This document shows positions 8,096 through 16,163 of a stretch of DNA of 35,377 nt, one piece after another; positions within the stretch are counted from its first letter, which is position 1, and each line of letters begins with the position of its first letter. The stretch lies in the NCBI GenBank assembly GCA_020437725.1, contig JAGQWA010000002.1, positions 1 through 35,377 of the forward strand. Reading direction: 5' to 3'. The stretch is from Bacteroidota bacterium (GTDB lineage: Bacteria > Bacteroidota > Bacteroidia > CAILMK01 > JACPUW01). The notes under the pieces are model-generated. The model did no database searches. It worked only from the letters and a program-made list of their open reading frames with translations, and was not told the DNA's origin. The position numbers and the translations under genes are program-made.

Positions 8096-9022
8096 CTAAA
8101 GCGATTCTTCTATTTGATAATTATTGTCGCTCGTTTTCTTGAATTGAAGACCCTTAAGGGCACATATAGTTTTAAGAATGGTTTCTACATTGGGTTGTTT
8201 AAAATTTGCTGTAACCGTGTTTTGTTTCAACTGCTCGTTTTTAAAAGAAACTGAAACACCATATTGCCTTTTTATGATACCCGCCAATTCTGCAAAGCTG
8301 GTTTCGTTTAGAAACAAGTTGCCTTGTTGCCAAGCTAAAACTTCAGTGGCATTAATGTGGTTTTTACTGGCTAAAACACGTTTTAAATAATAGGTAGCTT
8401 GTTGGTTTGGTTCTAGTCTATACACTTTATCCAAACCATTTACTTCAACCAAGCCTTCAAGAAGAGTTACGGTTACTTTTTTTTTTTTTTTTTGAGCCTT
8501 TATGTTAAAAACGGTACCCAATACTTTGGTTTCAACACCGTTGGCATCAACTATAAAAGCGCGGTTTTTGTCTTTTGCAACATCAAAAACGGCTTCGCCT
8601 TTCAAGGATATCTTTCGTTCCGCTTCGTTAAATGTTTCAGGATATTCTATTGTTGACTGCGCATTGAGTGTAATGGAAGATCCATCAGCTAATTCAACTA
8701 TTTTGGTTTCGCCTACACCAGTAGATACCGCTATCGTTTTGCTGCTGAATATATTGGTAAAATAAAGCCCGAGTGCAATAGAACTAACTATTGCAATGCT
8801 TGCGGCCACTCTTAGCCAAGTTCTATTTGCCGGCTTTTTTATCTTTATCCGGTCTCTGAGTTCATTCTTTATAACCGCCTTTTCTTCTTCATTAAAAAAA
8901 GCTTCGGTGCTACTTTTTCGAAGCATTTCGTCAGCATATTCTTCTAACAACTGCAACTCATGTTCAGTAGCCGTGTTGTTCATGTATTTTTCGAGAAGAC
9001 TTTTATAGGATTGCTTGGTCAT
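8096..9022 (-). CDS. FecR family anti-sigma factor
   Basis: 308 aa. It has an N-terminal cytoplasmic domain, a single TM helix (WLRVAASIAIVSSIALGLYF), a periplasmic FecR block (LADGSSITLNAQSTIEY ... GEAVFDV) and a C-terminal domain. It lies between the ECF sigma gene and the TonB transducer gene. Confidence 0.9.
   Translation of the reverse strand: MTKQSYKSLLEKYMNNTATEHELQLLEEYADEMLRKSSTEAFFNEEEKAVIKNELRDRIKIKKPANRTWLRVAASIAIVSSIALGLYFTNIFSSKTIAVSTGVGETKIVELADGSSITLNAQSTIEYPETFNEAERKISLKGEAVFDVAKDKNRAFIVDANGVETKVLGTVFNIKAQKKKKKVTVTLLEGLVEVNGLDKVYRLEPNQQATYYLKRVLASKNHINATEVLAWQQGNLFLNETSFAELAGIIKRQYGVSVSFKNEQLKQNTVTANFKQPNVETILKTICALKGLQFKKTSDNNYQIEESL
8477..8493 (-). repeat. homopolymeric tract, T17 on the + strand (A17 on the fecR coding strand)
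   Basis: Counted directly: t at 8477-8493. It encodes Q-K-K-K-K-K (CAA + 5 x AAA) inside fecR. Confidence 0.95.
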
Positions 9023-9100
9023 AATGTGCGGTTATACAGGTATGTACCTAAAAGGCGCAAGCACACGTAAATCTTTTTGAAAAAAGTTTGAAAAAGTTTT

Positions 9101-9685
9101 CTAGTTCAAGAAATAAGTAAGAAGACCAATAGTTCCAAAATGTTGTGGTAACTGGTTTCTGAGCTGTTTTAAGGCATTTGAAATATGGGTTTCAACCGTT
9201 CGTTTGCTAAGATCCAATTGCTCGGCAATTTCGGCATTGGTTAAGTGCTCGTATCTACTCAATTCAAAAACTTGGCGGCACTTGGTGGGTAGAGATTGTA
9301 CTACGGCATCAATTTGTTTTTGTAGTTCTTCAGCATCTAAATGCTGGTCTGTTTCCACTTCAAAACCATGAATTTCTTCTACTTCTTGGTGCAATTGGCT
9401 TTTTTCGTCTCTAATCAGATTTAAAGAGCCAAACTTGGCAGCTCTGTGCAAATAGGCAGCAACATTTTCAATGTCTTTGCTTTTTCTATTTTTCCAAAAT
9501 GCCAAAAAAACATCTTGAACAACATCTTTGGCCAACTCTCTATTGGTGGTAAGTTTTACGGCAATGCTGTAAAGCGGCTCCCAATATTTCTCAAACAGCT
9601 CATAATAAGCTTTGTCGCTACCGCCTTGCATTAGCTGATACAGACGCTCATCAGAAACCGATATGTGGTTAAGCTTGGCAGCCAT
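9101..9685 (-). CDS. RNA polymerase ECF-type sigma-70 family factor
   Basis: 194 aa. Region 2 reads ELAKDVVQDVFLAFW and the region 4 HTH reads LTNAEIAEQLDLSKRTVETHISNALKQLR. The gene is upstream of fecR. Confidence 0.9.
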   Translation of the reverse strand: MAAKLNHISVSDERLYQLMQGGSDKAYYELFEKYWEPLYSIAVKLTTNRELAKDVVQDVFLAFWKNRKSKDIENVAAYLHRAAKFGSLNLIRDEKSQLHQEVEEIHGFEVETDQHLDAEELQKQIDAVVQSLPTKCRQVFELSRYEHLTNAEIAEQLDLSKRTVETHISNALKQLRNQLPQHFGTIGLLTYFLN

Positions 9686-9812
9686 TTTATTCTAAAAACT
9701 TGAGCCAAGTTAAGTAATTCGAGCAGGAATGAATTAGAGAAAAAGTGCTTAGTTTTCCAATTTTACGAACCCATTTTGGGCTGAATTGTTACCCGTTTAA
9801 CCAGACAATATT

Positions 9813-10361
9813 ATGAACATAACCATAGTGCTAGGAACAGCTAGAGAAGGCAGACTTAGCGAGCGTGCAGCTTTTATGCTCGAAAGGCAATTGGCAGCCA
9901 AAAATCAAAATGCGACTATAATAGATGTTGCTCAACTTGATCTTGAGATTTTTAAAGGTTTGCATGGAAAATACGAGTACAACAACCCTAAGTTAGATGA
10001 AGCTAAGACCCAATTAGAAACGGCGGATGCCATGATATTTGTTACCCCTGAATACAATGGCAGCATAGCTTCTAGCCTAAAGAACTTTATAGATTTATTT
10101 GCCAAAAAACCTTTTGATGGCAAACCCATAGGTGTTTGTACCGTTTCGAGCGGAGCCATGGGTGGTATAAGAGCAGCCTACCAGTTGCAGCAAATCATCC
10201 TTTCCATTTTTGCCTACCCACAACCAAGAATGCTCACCATTGGCAATATTCAAAACCACTTAGATTCCGAAGGCGCAATTCTAACTGATGATTTTGCCAA
10301 GAAAACTGAGCAGTTTTTAAGTGCGTTTTTGGGCTGGGCTGGGAAATTTATTATCCCTTAG
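9813..10361 (+). CDS. NAD(P)H-dependent FMN reductase family oxidoreductase
   Basis: MNITIVLGTAREGRLSE ... FVTPEYNGSIASSLKNFIDL is the classic NADPH-dependent FMN reductase signature. Confidence 0.85.
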   Translation: MNITIVLGTAREGRLSERAAFMLERQLAAKNQNATIIDVAQLDLEIFKGLHGKYEYNNPKLDEAKTQLETADAMIFVTPEYNGSIASSLKNFIDLFAKKPFDGKPIGVCTVSSGAMGGIRAAYQLQQIILSIFAYPQPRMLTIGNIQNHLDSEGAILTDDFAKKTEQFLSAFLGWAGKFIIP

Positions 10362-10389
10362 AACTTTAGAAATTAGACGAGCGGTCACT

Positions 10390-10890
10390 TTACTCCACTT
10401 GCCAATTAGCACGTTCCCCATTTAACCTAAACTTTCTGGCATGCATCAACATGGGTAATGCTGCTAAATCAATTATACCACCAGTTACGGCAATTAATGC
10501 TCCTATCACGGCTCCAAGTTGAGCCCAAGTATCATCGCTGCCAACACTAGAAAGAAAGCCAGCCGTTCCAAACAAAAAAATGCCTGTGCCGCCTGTTGCC
10601 AATGCAATACCTAATGGTCTTAAGAAGGTTTGTCTGGTAATCCATTCTACATTTTTGTACTGAACCGTATCTGCCCCTACAACTATAAAGTTGTTTGAAA
10701 TACCGATTAATTCACCTTTTATCTTTTGGCCCGAAAGCAATTTTACTTTAACCAATTTGCCCACTCTAATTGTCTGCTCAGCACCGTTCGATTGCTTTTT
10801 TAAAACCAAAGTATCGCTTGCTTCAACCGTAAAAGCATTGGTTAAAACAGCCATTATTAAGACTACTATTGATACGTTTATACTGCGCAT
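10390..10890 (-). CDS. hypothetical secreted/membrane protein
   Basis: Signal peptide (VVLIMAVLTNAFTVEA), a small beta-rich domain, then Gly-rich TM helices. It lies 8 nt downstream of the M43 protease gene, so the two are probably co-transcribed. Confidence 0.5.
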   Translation of the reverse strand: MRSINVSIVVLIMAVLTNAFTVEASDTLVLKKQSNGAEQTIRVGKLVKVKLLSGQKIKGELIGISNNFIVVGADTVQYKNVEWITRQTFLRPLGIALATGGTGIFLFGTAGFLSSVGSDDTWAQLGAVIGALIAVTGGIIDLAALPMLMHARKFRLNGERANWQVE

Positions 10891-10898
10891 AAGCCTTT

Positions 10899-12296
10899 CT
10901 ATTGAACAATTACCTTGCTTGTTTGAACTCCTAATTGGCTGTGTGATTCTATTACAAAAACACCTGTTGGAAGACTTATCTGGGCTTTGCTCTCACCTAC
11001 GTGCATTTGCTGTAAAACTTTCCCGCTCAAATCTTTTACAATTAGATGAAGGGGCTCTTTGTTATAAGACTCTAGGTTAACCGAACCTGTACTTGGATTT
11101 GGGTAAATGCTAATTAATGATGCCTTTTCTAATTCATTTGTACTAGCCGGCCATTGTCTATCCTGTTTCCATACCAAACGCATAACATCGGTTTGTTGTT
11201 TGGTAAAAGCTAGGGCGCAATCACCGCGAGCATAGTCCATGTAATTTTCTACCATGTCGGGCATATCGCCATCTTCGCCCCTGCCGCAAGTGTTCTTACC
11301 AATTTGGCAACCAAAATTGCTTGAAGAAGTACACAGCGGGGTATCATCAATAAAGTCGTCAACCGTGCAATCAGTTCCATCTCCCCAAATATGTCTTAAG
11401 CCCAGGTAATGCCCTACTTCGTGTACCACTATTTTACCCTGACTTGCTGACGAATTAAAGACACCATAAGGTGCTGGATATTTATTAGGATTGTTTGAAC
11501 CTACAGCCGGATAATGAATTAAAGCACCAGTTGCCGTTATGTCAGCTGGGAGAAATTCAACATCCCAAAACCTGTGGTTACTTGGCGGAGTAGCTAAACC
11601 CACAAAAACCAATTCTTCTAAATCATTAAACTCGGGTTCATATATGCGCAGATCGCCAATCCAGATGTTGATGTATCTCGTGGGATCCCATTCATCACTT
11701 CCACCATCAGCTGTACTGGTTATTCTAAATAAGTTTTGATAAAAGCTATCAGCTAGCCATTGTCTAATTTCTGCTTGCTCACTTTGTTTGTAGGGCAAGG
11801 TTCCACCAAAGTGCTTAACACTGGTATTTTGCCTTACAATACCAGTTGTTGTTTTGCCATTTGGGTCTTCGGTGGCCAAAACAAATTGAATATTGGCATT
11901 TCCTGCAATGGGCTTAAACTCATCACGCAAATTACCAGTATCTGCATGCGTATGGTTAAAGGCGTTGTTTAGTATTTCTAGTTGATTTTGAATAACAGAA
12001 TCTGGAATGTTCTCAGTTGAATCGTTATAAACCACATGAAAAACTACGGGTATAGTAAGCTGTTCTTGTCGCTTATAAGAAATCTGCTTTGACTGTTTGC
12101 TCATTTGCTCCAGGGCCTCATTTGATTTATCTAAAAAGCCAGGAGTTTTAGCATCTATATGCTCTATAATATGGTAGCTGCCACAACCTGCGGAATGAAC
12201 ATGTTCTTCAGAATTTTTGATTAATTGACCTATGGTCTGCCCCCTTGAAAAAGTAGCGATTATTAGAAAGGAAAGTAAGGTAGAAATGCTCTTCAT
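10899..12296 (-). CDS. M43 (pappalysin/cytophagalysin-like) zinc metalloprotease with T9SS C-terminal sorting domain
   Basis: Signal peptide and the metzincin motif HEVGHYLGLRHIWGD. The C-terminal SIYPNPSTGSVNLES...GVFVIESHSQLGVQTSKVIVQ is a T9SS CTD. Confidence 0.85.
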   Translation of the reverse strand: MKSISTLLSFLIIATFSRGQTIGQLIKNSEEHVHSAGCGSYHIIEHIDAKTPGFLDKSNEALEQMSKQSKQISYKRQEQLTIPVVFHVVYNDSTENIPDSVIQNQLEILNNAFNHTHADTGNLRDEFKPIAGNANIQFVLATEDPNGKTTTGIVRQNTSVKHFGGTLPYKQSEQAEIRQWLADSFYQNLFRITSTADGGSDEWDPTRYINIWIGDLRIYEPEFNDLEELVFVGLATPPSNHRFWDVEFLPADITATGALIHYPAVGSNNPNKYPAPYGVFNSSASQGKIVVHEVGHYLGLRHIWGDGTDCTVDDFIDDTPLCTSSSNFGCQIGKNTCGRGEDGDMPDMVENYMDYARGDCALAFTKQQTDVMRLVWKQDRQWPASTNELEKASLISIYPNPSTGSVNLESYNKEPLHLIVKDLSGKVLQQMHVGESKAQISLPTGVFVIESHSQLGVQTSKVIVQ

Positions 12297-12334
12297 TTGG
12301 GTTGGGTTGTTTGTTAGTTAAGTTTATACGTTCT

Positions 12335-13711
12335 TTAAGCGTTTTTGTTACTCGAATAAGTTAAAAGCCATTCGCCATATTGTTCCAATCTACCAGAAAG
12401 GTAATACGGCAAATTCAACAACTTATAATTTGTACCAGAAGGTGTTTTTACTTCTTCCAGCGAAAGTTTGTTTTGCAAAACACGAATTGCCACTTCAGAT
12501 TCTGAAATGTCTATGAATTGGTGCAAGGAGCGCAATCTGCCATGAGTACCCGATTTTATTTCTACAGGAATAACTTTCCCTTTTACCGAAATTAGGAGAT
12601 CAACTTCTGAATTGCTGTTGCTTTTTTCTCTAACCCAAAACATTGGTTTAAATAATGGGCTATGATGTTGGGCCCAATGTTCTTGAATTACTTGATGCTG
12701 AACAATTTTTCCACTTTGAAATCCCATTAAATCTTTTAACCCAATTAGTTGTTCTTGCCAACCGGATAGGTAGTTTAGCAAACCAGTGTCTAACAATTGA
12801 ATTCTAGGCTTTCTTTTAAAGCTGGGTTGCAGTGGCAGTTGATTAGACGTAGTTGGGTATAATAAATTCATAACACCAGCCTTTCCTAGTAAGGTAAAAG
12901 CTTCAGAGATTTCTCTTGACCGGTAATTTGAACTACCAAAACCAGCAAAGTTTATTCGGTCTTTTTCAAATATGGCCGTTTGAAAAACATGCCTTATCAC
13001 CTTCTTTTCAGTACTATTATTTGAATACTTTTCTGAATCTTCTATGTATGCCAGCCATAGGTTTTCATAGATACTTTTTACGCTAACCAAGCTTTCTTTT
13101 TGCAAATAGGTCTTAACGGCTTCTGGCATTCCGCCAACTAAAACGTATTCATGAAATGCATTTAGCAGAAGTTGATGTGCAAAATTGGGAATTGGAATTT
13201 GGTCTAATAATTCAGACAATTTTTTGTCTCCTTTAGCCCATAAAAATTCTTCGAAATCAAAAGGTTTAAGAACCCATTGCTCTACCCTGCCAACAGGAAA
13301 ACTTTCTATATCTTTCAAAACAATTTCTAAAAGAGAACCAGCAGCAATTACATGAAAATTAGGATGTTCTTCGTAGAAATATCTTAAATGAGCAATGGCT
13401 TGGGGCACTTGTTGTATCTCGTCTATAAATAACAGAACATTTTGTTCAGATCCTGAGATACTCGATCGGTAAAGTAACAACTCTACTATTTCATTTGTGC
13501 TGTTTAGGTCTAAAAAAATTGATGCATCCGAAGGTTTCTCGAGGTTGAGCATAATTTTATGCTCATATTCTTTGGCAAAATCTTTAACCAATGTTGACTT
13601 ACCCACTTGCCTTGTACCACGAAGAATTAGAGGCTTTCGTGCTGACGCCTTCTTCCAGTCAAGTAGTTTGTAAAAGAGTTTCCTTTTAAACATTTGGGCA
13701 TATTGGGACAC
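12335..13711 (-). CDS. AAA-family ATPase with C-terminal DUF4143 / PD-(D/E)xK-like domain
   Basis: Walker A GTRQVGKST and Walker B LLFIDEIQ. The C-terminal EVDLLISVKGKVIPVEIKSG resembles a restriction-endonuclease-like D...ExK motif. The track start at 13711 is GTG; the ATG at 13693 (MFKRKLFYKLLDW) is probably the true start. Confidence 0.8.
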   Translation of the reverse strand: MSQYAQMFKRKLFYKLLDWKKASARKPLILRGTRQVGKSTLVKDFAKEYEHKIMLNLEKPSDASIFLDLNSTNEIVELLLYRSSISGSEQNVLLFIDEIQQVPQAIAHLRYFYEEHPNFHVIAAGSLLEIVLKDIESFPVGRVEQWVLKPFDFEEFLWAKGDKKLSELLDQIPIPNFAHQLLLNAFHEYVLVGGMPEAVKTYLQKESLVSVKSIYENLWLAYIEDSEKYSNNSTEKKVIRHVFQTAIFEKDRINFAGFGSSNYRSREISEAFTLLGKAGVMNLLYPTTSNQLPLQPSFKRKPRIQLLDTGLLNYLSGWQEQLIGLKDLMGFQSGKIVQHQVIQEHWAQHHSPLFKPMFWVREKSNSNSEVDLLISVKGKVIPVEIKSGTHGRLRSLHQFIDISESEVAIRVLQNKLSLEEVKTPSGTNYKLLNLPYYLSGRLEQYGEWLLTYSSNKNA

Positions 13712-13726
13712 GCAAAGAAACAGGTT

Positions 13727-13811
13727 TTGTTACAGATACAGGGTAAATAGAGCTGAATCTTGTTACAGATACAGGGTATTTTTAGCCATTTTTTGTTACA
13801 AATACTGGGTA
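13727..13811. repeat. three 19-bp direct repeats at exact 33-bp spacing upstream of the ATPase gene
   Basis: ttgttacagatacagggta occurs at 13727-13745 and identically at 13760-13778. ttgttacaaatactgggta (2 mismatches) occurs at 13793-13811. Each unit contains the internal tandem TACAG-a-TACAG. Confidence 0.85.
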
Positions 13812-13964
13812 AACAGAATGCCAATTTTACCTTTCAAAGGTTTAAACAGCTACATTTTTGACCAAAAATCAGCTGGAAAATCAAGATTTCAATGAAAAAT
13901 TTTAAGATTAAAATTTGCCATGCACCCCACCAATAATTTTACACATATGAGTTGCCCTAACTAC

Positions 13965-13972
13965 TAATTTTG
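13965..13972 (+). promoter_or_regulatory. candidate Bacteroidota -7 promoter element (TAnnTTTG)
   Basis: TAATTTTG lies 45 nt upstream of the ATG at 14017. I found no convincing -33 TTG at the expected spacing. Confidence 0.25.
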
Positions 13973-14016
13973 AAAGCAAATGGGCTTAAAAAATTGCTCT
14001 TAGTTTTCATTATTAA

Positions 14017-15090
14017 ATGAACAATAAAAACAATCTCTTAGACGGTGTAAAAGAAGCCGTTATTCAACATACAGGCGAGGTAAAAATGCTCAGCGAAATG
14101 GCGCGAAATACGAGCCTAAGCTTAGTTGACAGAGTTGAAAGTTTTGAAGACATTATTAGTTTAGAAGTTGGTGATACGAATCTAACTCGTGCCAGAGCCC
14201 TTGAGCGCGAATACAACATAAGGCAGATTTATATTAAGTACGAAGGCAATAACCCTTCGGGCACGCAAAAAGACCGAATTGCTTTTGCACAGGTTTTAGA
14301 TGCGCTACGGCGTGGCTATACTACTATGGCATTAGCCACTTGCGGCAACTATGGCGTGGCTTGTGCCAATGCGGCCTACTTGGCTGGCATTACCTGCAAG
14401 GTTTATATGCCGGCGTCATACCATTCTAACCGGATTAAGGAAATTGAAAGTTTTGGTGCCGAATTAATTCGTTTAGATGGCAGTTACGAAGACGTGGTGG
14501 CTAAATCGAGCCAGATTGCGCAAGAAAATGAATGGTACGATGCCAATCCTGGTGGTGCAAATACGCCCATGCAAATTGCAGCATACGCCGAAATAGCCAA
14601 CGAAATTTACGACCAACTGCGCGATGCTCCTAAATTCTTGGCTTGCCCAGTTTCTAATGGTACCGTTTTGGCTGGCATTTATCGCGGCTTTGTGTCGTTG
14701 TATAAACGCGGAAAAACTTCAAGAATTCCAGTTTTTGTGGCGGGCTCTTCGGCCAATAAAAACCCCATTATTTCTTCGTTTAAAAAAGGCCTAGAAAGCT
14801 GCGAAGACATTGACCCTAAAAAAATTAAGGAAACAGTCATAAATGAAGCACTCATTAACTGGCATAGTTTTGATGGCGAAGAAGCGCTATATGCCTTGCG
14901 CCAAACCAATGGTTATGCATCGCACGTAACCGATAAGCAACTTAAAGAAATGAGCAGCTATTTGCACAAAAAAGAAGGCATGCGCATTTTACCGTGCTCA
15001 TGCGCTGGGCTTATTGCTTTACTTGATGTACGCAAAGAAAAAAATCTAATAAACGACCGCTTTGTAGCCGTAATTACGGCTAAATACTAA
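14017..15090 (+). CDS. PLP-dependent enzyme, threonine-synthase/tryptophan-synthase-beta fold (fold type II)
   Basis: YIKYEGNNPSGTQKDRIA resembles the ThrC-type PLP-lysine motif (F-E-G-x-N-P-T-G-S-F-K-D-R). About 357 aa. First gene of the operon. Confidence 0.8.
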   Translation: MNNKNNLLDGVKEAVIQHTGEVKMLSEMARNTSLSLVDRVESFEDIISLEVGDTNLTRARALEREYNIRQIYIKYEGNNPSGTQKDRIAFAQVLDALRRGYTTMALATCGNYGVACANAAYLAGITCKVYMPASYHSNRIKEIESFGAELIRLDGSYEDVVAKSSQIAQENEWYDANPGGANTPMQIAAYAEIANEIYDQLRDAPKFLACPVSNGTVLAGIYRGFVSLYKRGKTSRIPVFVAGSSANKNPIISSFKKGLESCEDIDPKKIKETVINEALINWHSFDGEEALYALRQTNGYASHVTDKQLKEMSSYLHKKEGMRILPCSCAGLIALLDVRKEKNLINDRFVAVITAKY

Positions 15091-15101
15091 TAAAAAAAAT
15101 C

Positions 15102-16163
15102 ATGACAAAACCATCTATTGACGGCAATGCCATTGTGTATGCCAATAATGCCTTTAACACCCCAAATGGCAAAACCGCACATGGCCTGGTGCGCTTTACC
15201 GAACGCTTTAATGTAGTGGCAGTTATAGATGAAAACTACGCTGGCCAAGATGCTGGCAATGTGCTTGATAGCAAACTAAATGGCATTCCTATTTTTAGTA
15301 GTTTAACCGAAGCTGTAAAACATGTTGAAGCCAACAATTTTGTAATTGGTTTGGCGCCCGATGGCGGAAGACTACCCAATGAAGCCCGAGCAACCATAGC
15401 ACAAGCGCTTGAGCTTAAAATGAACATAACTAGTGGCCTTCACGACTTTTTATACAAAGACGAGCATTTAATGCAATTGGCTTCGCAAAATGGCTGCACC
15501 ATTAGAGATGTTAGAAAAACACCAGATAGAGATCAACTTCACTTTTTTGAAGGAAAAATTGAAGAAGTTGATTGCCTAAACATTGCTGTTTTAGGAACCG
15601 ATTCGGCTATTGGAAAGCGTACCACCGCTTGGATTATTGTGCACGGATTTAGAAATGCCGGGCTAAAAGCCGAAATGATTGGCACAGGCCAAACCGCCTG
15701 GATGCAAGGTGCCAAATACAGCATGATTATGGACAGCTGCATAAACGATTTTGTTTCGGGCGAAATAGAACATGCCGTTCACGAAGCTTGGAAAAATGAA
15801 AAACCCGATTTAATTGTAATAGAAGGACAAGGCAGTTTAATGAACCCTGCCTACCCCGGTGGTTTTGAAATTTTAGCTGCAGGAAGACCTGATTTTGTTA
15901 TTCTTCAACACGCGCCAAAACGAGTTGAATACGATGGTTTTCCAGGTTACAAACTGCATTCAATTAAAGAACAGATTAATGCCATTGAAGTAATTTCTGG
16001 CAAAAAAGTAATAGCCATTACCTTAAACCACGAAGAAATGAAACCTGAAGAAATTGAACCTACCTGCCAGCAAATTACTCAAGAAACAGGCTTGCCTGCT
16101 TTCGATGTGCTGGCTCATGGTTCTGAAGCTTTGGTTCAACTTCTTAAATCGCATATAAAGTGA
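15102..16163 (+). CDS. DUF1611 domain-containing protein
   Basis: The blocks NGKTAHGLVRF, VVAVIDENYAGQDAG, GIPIF, IGLAPDGGRLP, VLGTDSAIGKRTT, VIEGQGSLMNPAYPG and ITLNHEEM follow the conserved DUF1611 pattern as I recall it. The gene is 11 nt from the upstream gene. Confidence 0.8.
   Translation: MTKPSIDGNAIVYANNAFNTPNGKTAHGLVRFTERFNVVAVIDENYAGQDAGNVLDSKLNGIPIFSSLTEAVKHVEANNFVIGLAPDGGRLPNEARATIAQALELKMNITSGLHDFLYKDEHLMQLASQNGCTIRDVRKTPDRDQLHFFEGKIEEVDCLNIAVLGTDSAIGKRTTAWIIVHGFRNAGLKAEMIGTGQTAWMQGAKYSMIMDSCINDFVSGEIEHAVHEAWKNEKPDLIVIEGQGSLMNPAYPGGFEILAAGRPDFVILQHAPKRVEYDGFPGYKLHSIKEQINAIEVISGKKVIAITLNHEEMKPEEIEPTCQQITQETGLPAFDVLAHGSEALVQLLKSHIK

Noticed and set aside
5458-9685. I considered whether the TonB receptor cassette is a polysaccharide utilisation locus (SusC/SusD).
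   Set aside because: No SusD-like lipoprotein gene follows the receptor, and no glycoside hydrolases are nearby. The architecture is the ECF sigma / FecR / STN-transducer cell-surface signalling type instead.
13627-13824. A 65-aa minus-strand ORF with a striking repeated LPCICNK / IPCICNK peptide.
   Set aside because: The peptide periodicity is simply the translation of the three 19-bp DNA direct repeats. The ORF also overlaps the 5' end of the ATPase gene, so I treat this as a DNA-level feature and not a gene.
13854-13869. A near-palindrome, ATTTTTG-AC-CAAAAAT, flanked by AGCT on both sides, in the ATPase/operon intergenic region. I considered it as an AraC or other operator.
   Set aside because: A low-complexity A/T palindrome is easily produced by chance here. 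AraC-type regulators usually bind direct repeats, and there is no second copy.
13892-14003. Three tiny Cys-containing ORFs upstream of the operon, considered as RiPP precursor peptides for the creatininase (MftE-like) enzyme: MKNFKIKICHAPHQ at 13892-13936, MSCPNY at 13947-13967 and MGLKNCS at 13980-14003.
   Set aside because: No radical-SAM, YcaO, lanthipeptide or other RiPP maturase is present. The ORFs are very short, overlap the likely promoter, and are expected by chance in AT-rich DNA. Only peptide-level or conservation evidence would revive the idea.
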